Shown here: positions 8,501 through 16,683 of the stretch, piece by piece
Position numbering within the stretch: position 1 is the stretch's first letter
How the letters are laid out: each line of letters opens with the position of its first letter
IMG/VR virus record: IMGVR_UViG_3300021511_000003
Location: 62,001 to 126,000 of that record
Reading direction: 5' to 3' (one strand)
Length of the DNA: 64,000 nucleotides
Position numbers and translations under genes: made by a program
The notes under the pieces: model-generated
Databases searched by the model: none
Told to the model about the DNA's origin: nothing
The model's input: the letters and a program-made list of their open reading frames with translations, nothing else

Positions 8501-9649
8501 TTTCATAGGAATCTCTTTTGATTCTAAAACTTTGAATGAGTTTGTTAAATCCTTTTTCAGATTTGTTTTGAAATCAACCTGGCGTTTTTCATATACATGT
8601 TCAGGAGATTTATTATCAACCATTATTTGTGGACTATATACCTGAACTCTTGGGTCAGTACTTAGATTTACAGTTTTAACAGGTTTTAACAGTTCACTTG
8701 AAAAGTTTTTATCTATTGCTTTTAATGCAACTTTCTTTCTTGATTTTGGTATCTGTCTTGCAATAGCGGTTGATTTAGATTTATCGCCACTGACTCCATA
8801 CAATATCGCTGAAGTTGCTATATCTCTCACATCATCGCCTGACGCATCACCAGAGGTTATTTTAATAATATCATCTGGATTTGTTTTTAAATATTTTTCA
8901 ACTGCGCCAGCAACATTTTTTATATTTTTTGGTTCAATATCAGTTGAAATAGCTTTGCTTATAATTCTTGCAGCCTTTTTTGTTTGGTTTTCAACCTCTT
9001 CTTCTGCTGGAATACTTTTAATAGTTCTTATATAGTGGGTCAATCTTGCGAATTTATATTCATTATCTTTCACGAGTAAACGATATTTTGATGAACTAGC
9101 ATCTAAATAATTTATTATCATATGATCAAATAAAAAGTTTCCATTTTTCATATCTCGTATAACAGGAAATATTTTTTTGTCAATAAATGGATTGATTTCT
9201 TTTGAAATATCAACAGAATAAAATAATATCTTTTGATAATTATCTGGAAAAGCATCTGACATTTGCTTCAAAATATTTGTAATAAAAAATCCAGCTCTTT
9301 GTCTATACGTAGTAGGCTTATAAACTGTATCAATAGCATTTGTATATTGTGATAAATCTACAATAACATTCTTCCCTTGCGGTATATTTTGTTGCATTGT
9401 ATAAGGAATTAATCCAAGAGCTTTATACATTTTTACAAATTGTGCTGTCATTCTTGTACGTGGAACCTGTGTAACTGGACTTGCAACAATACGAAAATCA
9501 ACTCTTTTTAAATTCAATTTTAGGTAATCTGTAATGAAATTAGAATTTTCAGAAAAATATATAATAAGATATGGTTCTTTTGGATTTTGCGGAAACCTCA
9601 CACCATCCGTTACATGCGTATATTGTTTCCATGATTTAAATTGAATCAC
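5573..9649 (-). CDS. rpoB: DNA-directed RNA polymerase beta subunit (phage type, N-terminal extension)
   Basis: GVFRLNG, YFGNLDPLDTSESDNIG, GYNFED, GDKLANRYGNKGII, LNPLGLLSRMNMGQLYE, KLEH, QPTSGKKRDGGQRLGELD. Confidence 0.95.
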   Translation of the reverse strand: MIQFKSWKQYTHVTDGVRFPQNPKEPYLIIYFSENSNFITDYLKLNLKRVDFRIVASPVTQVPRTRMTAQFVKMYKALGLIPYTMQQNIPQGKNVIVDLSQYTNAIDTVYKPTTYRQRAGFFITNILKQMSDAFPDNYQKILFYSVDISKEINPFIDKKIFPVIRDMKNGNFLFDHMIINYLDASSSKYRLLVKDNEYKFARLTHYIRTIKSIPAEEEVENQTKKAARIISKAISTDIEPKNIKNVAGAVEKYLKTNPDDIIKITSGDASGDDVRDIATSAILYGVSGDKSKSTAIARQIPKSRKKVALKAIDKNFSSELLKPVKTVNLSTDPRVQVYSPQIMVDNKSPEHVYEKRQVDFKTNLKKDLTNSFKVLESKEIPMKFEGITLADKPQRMGEVMRSDLSIATINMSDEFGNKHEIKMELPKIDPDTGVFRLNGKQKCLINQIVQNPITFPSPGESRFESSYSVFRIYVKQLRREKYLEAFMSYKMPLIFLLAFSFGFDETLKKYNIKYILSDNKPSEKFSCKINNEKYIIFQNVQTDLQKQLCQSFIHGKVQQYKSDAEFASHKYFEDLIIQLSGRLNSTFLISSNLQNIVDPVAKQVLLNKQLPTDLEMIMKYMTEKVVDGFYIARNDISNQRIRNSEVLVHLAQKQILAAYTVYKEQVLSGNTEAKLTIVPTKVLSDFLMTELVVDMEYANPLEEMSTMTRVSPAGKKVGGIPDKRAIHNDARNLHNSYFGNLDPLDTSESDNIGIVQQLTIDALISSSRGLFTTKDISDNEGSGMLSTTTSMIPFLENTDGARVIMLSNQAKQMLPLRNPQPPVVQSGYESILTGVLSKNFVKKSPCNGKISSVHKDLITIQCGKTKKIIDITPVHLKSGSGKNTLSVFNPLIKVGETVKQGDVIAEGACMSNGSISLGRPLLCALMPYDGYNFEDGAVISKSVVEQDKLTSLHGIEEEILIAPNDRLLYIAEIGDEIEKGKPLLRKTLGDIEDIIGFDDDETTDMFTGQFIKKSPGGKIVDIEVYSNVDEELFPQLKELITKTNLKSMKPAKESFTVKGETIKGVLVRFRIEQELRVGLGDKLANRYGNKGIISLIENDELMPRLPNGDIIETILNPLGLLSRMNMGQLYEMYCGLMARELGKRLPTMTKPKTIALIKQVFVNLDMSPNKKATENLVRNLSSLTTTQYVKMIDQVKKTGFYPIIIPPFKAPGHTEIKKSLKVLGLKTKYKLFLPKYNTKTHFEVAVGYMYMSKLEHLGEAKIYARGTGPTTGKTSQPTSGKKRDGGQRLGELDTYSFISYNCPHVLAEFMGPLSDDYITRDKIMAEIIQNGNAGYKEPKISPAKDLLNSYFISLMLTR

Positions 9650-9821
9650 TAGTTTCCCCTCTGCAAATTATATTTGTTAGTTTTCCTGTTGAACATTCAT
9701 TTTGATGACCTTTTTTAATATATTCGGGACAATTACTTGAATGTTTACTATAACACCATTTACCATTTTTAAATTGATAATTAGCTTCTTGACTACAACC
9801 ATAATTGCATAGTTGTATTAT
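9636..9821 (-). pseudogene. Miniature HNH-family remnant: N-terminal Cys motif fused in frame to the C-terminal tail
   Basis: Reads IIQLCNYGCSQEANYQFKNGKWCYSKHSSNCPEYIKKGHQNECSTGKLTNIICRGETSDSI*; ATA at the start position. Confidence 0.75.
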
Positions 9822-12800
9822 TCCTTTTTTTCTTCCACAAGTGTACCAGTAAGGACTTTTTCAAGAACAGATGCTTCCCCAGTTTCATCAGTAATCAATC
9901 CAGTTTTTATAGCTTCGTTGATATTTTCGAAGGCCAGTCCCTGAATAAAACTTGTCTTGAATACAATCTGTTTAATATTAATCATAACAGGATCCCATTT
10001 ACGTCCAAGTCTTGCAGGAATACTCTGATTGGCTCTATCTCTTAATGATTGTGATAATAAAATTTCAATATGAACACTATCCATATCTCTAAGATCACCA
10101 TATATTTTAAATAATTTTAAATATAAATGATTAGCATCTTTATAAATTTCACGCCCTCCAATTAGTCTTTCAACATATTGGATTTGTTTTTTCATTGCTT
10201 CTGTTTCTGTTGGTACTTCTAATATTGTACTATGTTTCTTATAATATAATTTGATTGTTTCTTTATTTTCTTCGATTTCATATATTTGAAATTTAATTGG
10301 ATAATCAAGAATGATATTATAGATTGAATCTGAAAATTCAACTATAGCTACAGAAGCTCTTATAGACAAAATAGTTTTTGTATCATTAAATGTCAAATCT
10401 CCTGATACTGGGTAATCTCCTTTTGAAATTGTAACTGTACAATCATCGTTACATGCCAATACATTATCATTTTGTATTAAAGTCTTTCTTACAATCTTTT
10501 CATCTACAAGAGCATCATTCTGAATAATATCGTCAATGATATTTCTTGAAACAACACTTACTGCACCGCCTGTGTGGAACGTTTTCATAATAGTCTGTGT
10601 TCCAGCTTCACCAATAAGCTGTGCTGCCATTACACCTGCATATGGACTTCGATGACGTTCTAATAGTTTTCCATAACAAGTATGACATAGTTTTGAAGAT
10701 TCACAAAATACGGGTGTTCGTAAATGAATTTGATCTCCAATCTTATAATTTACAGGATTAAATAATTGAGGTTTACCATTTTCAAGAACATAACGACCAT
10801 TCAGTCTAGTTGATAGTTTTTTAGTTAACCTTAGATCAAGAGTCCTTTTTGTTTTACAATCTTGTAGATTTGGATCAATCTCAACACTGTTTAAAACATA
10901 TGCTAATTTTCTTGCCATGTATCCAGTATCTGCAGTATTTAAAACTCTATCAATAATACCACTTCTTGCACCAGACGCTGCTGAAAAATATTGACTATTT
11001 GTTAAACCATCCGAAAACGAACCATCTATTGGAGGTAATACTTTTCCTGTTGGATCAGATACTAAACCTTTAGCAACAAAAATTTGTGTTGGTTGTCCCC
11101 AACCTTTACCTCCACCTGATTCAATTAAATCATAAACACCACTTCCTTTCAAATGTTCTATTAACATTACTTGCATTTTTTTCAATAATACATCGGCTTC
11201 CTCTGTTGATGAATTTTTCAATTGTTTTTTAAGCTCTAAAATTTCAGGTGGTAATTGAATATCATCTAATGTAATACTTGGTGAAATGATTGTTGAAAAT
11301 TTAAATGAAATATCTTTTAATTTTGAAAAAGATTTAATTGCTTGTTCCTGACCATATTTTTTAAGAATTGGAGAAATCATTCCATTAACAACTTTCTTTG
11401 TCACTATATCATTATAAAATGGAGTATCCAATGGAAATACACTATTAAAAAGAGCTTTTCCCATTGTTGTAGTTTTCTTTCTATATACTACAGGAATATA
11501 TGGATCAACAGCATTATCTAAATCTTTTTGTGTTACTGCAATAGGAGGAGTTGTTCTTTTTATATCTTTTGTGATTGTAAAAAGTCCAACACACATTTCT
11601 TTTGAAAGTTCAAAATTTACAGATTTATCATTATCACCACTTTCAGATCTCATCATTTTAGTTTTTGCTTCAAGTTGTGCTTCATTCGTAATTGGATGAA
11701 AAATTGCCATAGTATCACCATCAAAATCAGCATTGAATCCACCAACTTGTAATGTACATAATTGCACTGTATTCCCTTTAATTAAAATTGGATTAAATGC
11801 TCTAATAGATTCAGCATGTAAACAAGGGTCACGTTTTGCCAATACAACACGATTCATCATAGCAACTTCTGTTGCTTCAAATACAATATCATATAGTTCT
11901 TTTGGTATTTTATCTCCACTTTTAATAGACTTGAAAACTTGTTTAACACCATCAACAGAAAGTTCAAATTTTGTAAACTTTTTAACTTCATCTGATAATT
12001 TCTTTTTATCAACCCGACTTGAAAATAAACGATGTAATATAAATGGTTCAAATAAACTAACAGCCATCCGTAATGGTATCCCAATTTCATTTACTTTTAA
12101 ATCTGGACCTGGTGTAATAACGGCACGACCAGAAAAATCTGTACGTTTACCAAGCATTTGTGATCGAATTAAACCACGTTTTTTCTGAATTAATTTTCTA
12201 ATAAAATTGTCATGATTAATAATTGCTTTTTGTAATTCAAAATTCAACAAATCAAATAATGGTCCACTTTTTGCAGCACTCCTTATCTGATGTGCTCGGC
12301 GTATAGTTGTGATATAATAATCATTTAAAGGATCAATAATCCACATTCCATTTTCATCTTGATATGCATCTCGTTGAATTGGTGGTATTACTGGTAAAAC
12401 ATCTAAAAATAACGTATTGTTTTCATATGATTCTTTTATCTTTTTAATGAATTTATCTCGAGTATCAGACCCCCCTCTAAATTTGATTTTTGGAAGTAAC
12501 TTCATAAATGATGAAATTCCAGTAACACCTCTTGAATCTTTTTGAAGAAGCCCTTTTGAATCAACTGAAAAGGTTTCTTGCGCAGATATAAATAATTCAA
12601 TTTGTCTATCAAGTTGAATAAGAAGTATATATGCAGATGGGTGAATAACATAAGCATTTAAATTAATATATGAAAATGTTTTCTTTCGTTCAGTAGATTC
12701 TTCGGATCCAAAAATTATTTCAGAAAAAAGACCATCAGGATGAAACTCCCCAGGTTTGGAAAATAATTCCGTTGTTGTTACAGGGGTCAATCCTTTTTTG

Positions 12801-12829
12801 AAATTATTTATATTCAGAAAATTAATCAT
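9818..12829 (-). CDS. rpoC: DNA-directed RNA polymerase beta' subunit
   Basis: GLFSEIIFG, LPVIPP, LGKRTDFSGRAVITP, catalytic FNADFDGDTM, TADTGYMARKL, GEAGTQTIMKTFHTGG. Confidence 0.97.
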   Translation of the reverse strand: MINFLNINNFKKGLTPVTTTELFSKPGEFHPDGLFSEIIFGSEESTERKKTFSYINLNAYVIHPSAYILLIQLDRQIELFISAQETFSVDSKGLLQKDSRGVTGISSFMKLLPKIKFRGGSDTRDKFIKKIKESYENNTLFLDVLPVIPPIQRDAYQDENGMWIIDPLNDYYITTIRRAHQIRSAAKSGPLFDLLNFELQKAIINHDNFIRKLIQKKRGLIRSQMLGKRTDFSGRAVITPGPDLKVNEIGIPLRMAVSLFEPFILHRLFSSRVDKKKLSDEVKKFTKFELSVDGVKQVFKSIKSGDKIPKELYDIVFEATEVAMMNRVVLAKRDPCLHAESIRAFNPILIKGNTVQLCTLQVGGFNADFDGDTMAIFHPITNEAQLEAKTKMMRSESGDNDKSVNFELSKEMCVGLFTITKDIKRTTPPIAVTQKDLDNAVDPYIPVVYRKKTTTMGKALFNSVFPLDTPFYNDIVTKKVVNGMISPILKKYGQEQAIKSFSKLKDISFKFSTIISPSITLDDIQLPPEILELKKQLKNSSTEEADVLLKKMQVMLIEHLKGSGVYDLIESGGGKGWGQPTQIFVAKGLVSDPTGKVLPPIDGSFSDGLTNSQYFSAASGARSGIIDRVLNTADTGYMARKLAYVLNSVEIDPNLQDCKTKRTLDLRLTKKLSTRLNGRYVLENGKPQLFNPVNYKIGDQIHLRTPVFCESSKLCHTCYGKLLERHRSPYAGVMAAQLIGEAGTQTIMKTFHTGGAVSVVSRNIIDDIIQNDALVDEKIVRKTLIQNDNVLACNDDCTVTISKGDYPVSGDLTFNDTKTILSIRASVAIVEFSDSIYNIILDYPIKFQIYEIEENKETIKLYYKKHSTILEVPTETEAMKKQIQYVERLIGGREIYKDANHLYLKLFKIYGDLRDMDSVHIEILLSQSLRDRANQSIPARLGRKWDPVMINIKQIVFKTSFIQGLAFENINEAIKTGLITDETGEASVLEKVLTGTLVEEKKE

Positions 12830-12981
12830 TATACGCATATCCTTTGTGCCAAATTACCTGTAGAACATTCATCTTTATGACCATATTTATAGTGACATCT
12901 TTCACATACAGACCATGCTAAATCTGGATCTAACTTAAAAAAATGGGTTGCTTCTTTGCCACATCCATCACAAATAATCAT
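12829..12981 (-). CDS. 50-aa miniature HNH-family derivative
   Basis: MIICDGCGKEATHFFKLDPDLAWSVCERCHYKYGHKDECSTGNLAQRICV*; TAATG overlaps at both ends. Confidence 0.75.
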   Translation of the reverse strand: MIICDGCGKEATHFFKLDPDLAWSVCERCHYKYGHKDECSTGNLAQRICV

Positions 12982-13448
12982 TATTTATCATCAATTGCAT
13001 TTGTTTTATTAATATCAAGATAAGATTTAATTTTTTTGAACATCCTCGTTACTTGTGCTTTTTTTGCAGCTGTGGATGCCGGTTTGATCACAGTTTTTGA
13101 AAGGACATTATGTCTATGATTTAATTGATTCAAAATACCTTGAAGTGTATTAGTATCAAATTTTCCTTTTGGATCATTCATTAATCTTTGAACAAGTTTT
13201 AATGCAACTGCAATTACTTTTTTATCCTCCATACCCATACGATTACAGATGGGTATAAGATATGGAGAAGTGTTTCTACCAATTGGTAACAACTTTAGAA
13301 AACATTTTGGCTTATCACCGTATAATCTATCTCTCAAATCCTTCTTTAGTAAATACGATAAACTATCTTCGGGATTAATTAAATCATTTGCCTTTCTAAT
13401 AAGTTCCGAAAGATGTTTTATTTCTTCATTTAATTGGTCGCTCATCAT
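12981..13448 (-). CDS. Hypothetical protein, first gene of the RNAP operon
   Basis: 155-aa ORF, SD GGAGG. Confidence 0.75.
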   Translation of the reverse strand: MMSDQLNEEIKHLSELIRKANDLINPEDSLSYLLKKDLRDRLYGDKPKCFLKLLPIGRNTSPYLIPICNRMGMEDKKVIAVALKLVQRLMNDPKGKFDTNTLQGILNQLNHRHNVLSKTVIKPASTAAKKAQVTRMFKKIKSYLDINKTNAIDDK

Positions 13449-13486
13449 TTAACCTCCGATAACTGGATGTAATATCTTATTTTATA

Positions 13487-13494
13487 TTTGTTCT
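13487..13494 (-). promoter_or_regulatory. Putative phage promoter class B (RGAACAWA)
   Basis: AGAACAAA about 40 nt upstream of the start; the motif recurs before many genes. Confidence 0.45.
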
Positions 13495-13510
13495 TAAAAT
13501 ATAATGGCAA

Positions 13511-13545
13511 AAAATATGTGGGGATAAAATTTCCCCACATATTTT
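13511..13545. terminator. Rho-independent terminator-like hairpin
   Basis: AAAATATGTGGGG/CCCCACATATTTT stem with T/A tails. Confidence 0.75.
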
Positions 13546-13627
13546 ATAACTTTTTATCTTTGGGTGTCGAATTTACTGAATCTGTATTTTTAATGCTTCC
13601 GACCCGGAAACGTAATATTATTGGGTT

Positions 13628-13954
13628 TCACATACTTTTAAAGCGTATTACATAAATATTTGTTTCTGGAAATTTATGCCAGGTTTTTACATCCACCAGT
13701 AACATTTCAGAAATTTGTTTGTCTTTTTTATCAAGTAATTCCAAAATAATTTCGTCATTGGTATTAACTTTTTTTGTTTGATCATATTTTGTTATTTTAA
13801 TTCCATCGACAACAATACTATATTGTGTTTTATATAAAAATTCTTTTATAGATAAACTATTTTTATAATCTTCGTTTAATTCTATGCTACATGAAGGAAG
13901 AATAAAAATAAAAAACAGTAGTGAATAAAATATTTTTCTCATTCGCATCTCCAT
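13628..13954 (-). CDS. Putative lipoprotein
   Basis: Hydrophobic signal peptide ending LPSC. Confidence 0.6.
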   Translation of the reverse strand: MEMRMRKIFYSLLFFIFILPSCSIELNEDYKNSLSIKEFLYKTQYSIVVDGIKITKYDQTKKVNTNDEIILELLDKKDKQISEMLLVDVKTWHKFPETNIYVIRFKSM

Positions 13955-15399
13955 TAAAAATCAGCATTCATCAATTTTGTCATTTCATCAATTTCTTTTT
14001 TCATACCTCCTGAAAAGTATGCTGTAAAGAATTTGATCATACCATTTTCGATTTTTGAAAGAGGAATACCACCTAATCGTTTTCCTGTTAAAATATCACA
14101 AAAATCAACTCGAGAAACTCTACCGATAAAATGACATAATAATGTATGAGGTAATATCTTTGTAGTAAATCCAAAGAAATTTTGTGTTTCTTGTTGTGTT
14201 TTCAAATATTCATGCACAGCTTTAATTTTATATGTTGTACTCATTGATGGGCTTTTCATTGGGTAAAAGTTTAATAAAGTAAATAAGTCTTTATAGTCTG
14301 TACCGAATACTTGTCTAAATAAAACTTGGATATAAACTGCAATCACCGCTGTATGCTCAGGGGAAAGTGTTCTGAAATGATGGAACGGTATATGAGTCAT
14401 TTGTGATAATATTGGAAATACTAATGTTTCTGCCAATGGAGAAATAAAATTAATTTCTGATGCTCGTTCATGGAATGATATAATGAATTCGTCATCATCA
14501 ACTTTTTCAGTTGACATAGTTGATTGCCTTTGAAGTAATTCATATATTTTTTCATAAGCAATGCTTTTTAATCTTCCAAGAGTATCATTATAACTATAAG
14601 TCTTTAAGTTATCTGTATTAATACCTTGAATATCTTCTGTTGAAATACTATCATCATAAACAATAGAACCTTTATAAACTGATCGTAAAAACCATTTAAC
14701 TGATTCATCAATAACTCCAACAAAATAAGTAATTGGATTTTTATCTATTTCACAAAGAATCAGAATATTATTCATAATGAAATTGAAAATTTCAATAACA
14801 TGAACTCCAATATCTTTTCCTTGCACATTCTTGATATATTCCCACATAAATCTATCTGTTAGATTATATCTGAATGTTTTTGTTTTGATAACATCATAAA
14901 TCTTTCTAATAATATCTGTTTCAACAATATCTGAAGCAAATTGGTTATAAACTTCTCGATGTAGTTGTGCTCCCAATTTCAATTTTTCATTGTTTGAAAT
15001 CACTGAATAAATTTTAAGATAGCTTGATAGTCTAATAATTTGTTCAATTTCATCTGGTTTAAAAAGTATGGAGTTTTTCTTGACCTTTGTCATATCAACA
15101 AACTGACTATAATCAAAAGTTAAAGAATCCATATAACTATCAACATAATTTTTAATTTGAGGAATACTATCGACTACAGCTTTTGATCGCAGATTTTCAT
15201 CATGGCAATCAGTTAAAAAATTAATAAACCAGTTGCTGAATCCTTCTACGTTATGTTCAGCAACTCTCTCGATGAATTTGGTCACAATAAAATATTTATT
15301 AGTGACTGAAGAAGGTGAGAGAAAGAGTTTTATTGGTTCAACATCATCATCTACTACAACTGACCATACTTTTGGTCCATTCTGCTCAATTCGTAACAA
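13954..15399 (-). CDS. Hypothetical protein (~480 aa)
   Basis: Long ORF; SD AAGGAGG favours a TTG start near 15399 (ORF track gives 15432). Confidence 0.75.
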   Translation of the reverse strand: MLRIEQNGPKVWSVVVDDDVEPIKLFLSPSSVTNKYFIVTKFIERVAEHNVEGFSNWFINFLTDCHDENLRSKAVVDSIPQIKNYVDSYMDSLTFDYSQFVDMTKVKKNSILFKPDEIEQIIRLSSYLKIYSVISNNEKLKLGAQLHREVYNQFASDIVETDIIRKIYDVIKTKTFRYNLTDRFMWEYIKNVQGKDIGVHVIEIFNFIMNNILILCEIDKNPITYFVGVIDESVKWFLRSVYKGSIVYDDSISTEDIQGINTDNLKTYSYNDTLGRLKSIAYEKIYELLQRQSTMSTEKVDDDEFIISFHERASEINFISPLAETLVFPILSQMTHIPFHHFRTLSPEHTAVIAVYIQVLFRQVFGTDYKDLFTLLNFYPMKSPSMSTTYKIKAVHEYLKTQQETQNFFGFTTKILPHTLLCHFIGRVSRVDFCDILTGKRLGGIPLSKIENGMIKFFTAYFSGGMKKEIDEMTKLMNADF

Positions 15400-15511
15400 A
15401 ATAAATTGACCTCCTTTGATGTTGTGAGACATTCATTGATAAAAAATACCAATGAATACCTCATGGACCTTTATGAGTTGTGGTTATAAAGATCCAATTC
15501 AAAAAATAACG

Positions 15512-15570
15512 AAACACTTATATCTTTCATTAGTTATTAATATATATAGACATGGAATATATAAGTGTTT
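15512..15570 (-). promoter_or_regulatory. Class A promoter motif (15536-15549) flanked by a perfect 12-bp inverted repeat
   Basis: AAACACTTATAT (15512-15523) and ATATAAGTGTTT (15559-15570). Confidence 0.55.
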
Positions 15571-15590
15571 AAGTTCTCATATTCAAAGAT

Positions 15591-16502
15591 TTATATTTTA
15601 CACACCAAATCTTTTAAGACTTGCTCAAATATTTCTTTTGGTACTGTTGTTGTGCCTGATTGTGTTACTACATAAGCAGCGCATTTATTTGCAAGAATGG
15701 CTGCTTCGTGTATAGAATAATTCATTGATAAACATAAACCCATAACAGCCACAACCGTATCACCGGCACCTGAAACATTGTAAACTTCAACGGGTTCTGA
15801 CATAATTGAATATTCTTTATTATTCAACTTATTATATAAAATCATTCCATGTTTGCCTTTTGTTTCAAGAATAAATTTTACATTTTTTAATGAATATTTA
15901 GATGATAGTTTCATGATTTTCCATTCTTTTTCATTGGGTGTAATCATGTAAGCATCATTATATAAAAAGCCATTAATTGGTTTTGGATCAACAATGATTT
16001 TTGTATTCAGAGTTTTAAGAAATTCCATTAGTTCTTTTGTAATCATTCCTTTTGCATAATCCGAAACTATAATAACATCATATACTTTTCTACAATCTTT
16101 AAGGAAAACTTCAATTGCTCTTTTTGAATCAATTTTCGAGATTGTTTCTCTATCAACTCTTAACATTTGAACTTTACGGTCATCAGCAATAATTCTTTCT
16201 TTTACAATTGTTTGTTTTGAACCGTATGAACATAAATTCTTTGCGCCTATATTATCCAATTCATTAATTATCAACCCCCCATTGATATCATTCGAAATTG
16301 AGGACATACAATCAACTTGTGCTCCGAGTTCTCTAAGATTTCTACAAACATGGCCACAACCTCCCAAAGTATAATATTCTTCTTTAACGTGAACAACAGG
16401 TACAGGAGCTTCTGGGCATATTCTTTCAACTTTACCTATAATATATTTGTCAAGCATTATATCGCCAACAACTAAAACTTTCACATGACCAGTTTCTTTC
16501 AT
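15591..16502 (-). CDS. hldE: D-glycero-D-manno-heptose-7-phosphate kinase (HldE/RfaE domain I, PfkB family)
   Basis: VLVVGDIMLDKY, ERICPEAPVPVV, SDYAKG, VDPK, ITPNEKE, VYNVSGAGDTV. Confidence 0.9.
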   Translation of the reverse strand: MKETGHVKVLVVGDIMLDKYIIGKVERICPEAPVPVVHVKEEYYTLGGCGHVCRNLRELGAQVDCMSSISNDINGGLIINELDNIGAKNLCSYGSKQTIVKERIIADDRKVQMLRVDRETISKIDSKRAIEVFLKDCRKVYDVIIVSDYAKGMITKELMEFLKTLNTKIIVDPKPINGFLYNDAYMITPNEKEWKIMKLSSKYSLKNVKFILETKGKHGMILYNKLNNKEYSIMSEPVEVYNVSGAGDTVVAVMGLCLSMNYSIHEAAILANKCAAYVVTQSGTTTVPKEIFEQVLKDLVCKI

Positions 16503-16566
16503 ATACACCGCCTTTTTAAAATTTTCGTGGCAAAAAAGAGTATCGAACTCATTTTTTGTAAAGTGT

Positions 16567-16645
16567 GAGAGAGGTAATTCCGCTATCCCATAAGGACCGG
16601 TGATTTTGCGTCCTAACCTTGCGGTTAGTTTGCCTTTTTCTCTCT
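16567..16645 (-). promoter_or_regulatory. c-di-GMP-I (GEMM-I) riboswitch aptamer
   Basis: GAGAG-AAAAA-GGCAAAC-TAACC-GCAA-GGTTAG-GACGCAAA-ATCACC-GGTCC-TTAT-GGGATAGC-GGAATTACC-TCTCTC matches the class I consensus, with P1 GAGAG/CTCTC and a GNRA loop. Confidence 0.88.
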
Positions 16646-16683
16646 TAATTTTACATTATGTTCCAATTGTAAATTGTATAATC

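Noticed and set aside
5573-12829. Introns or inteins in the RNAP, RNR or RecA genes
   Set aside because: The ORFs are continuous, core motifs show no large insertions, and no intein-type terminal motifs were seen; the HNH genes are free-standing.
16528-16558. tRNA 3' half (GAG-TTCGATA-CTC...GCCA)
   Set aside because: No D or anticodon arms; better explained as the riboswitch expression platform.
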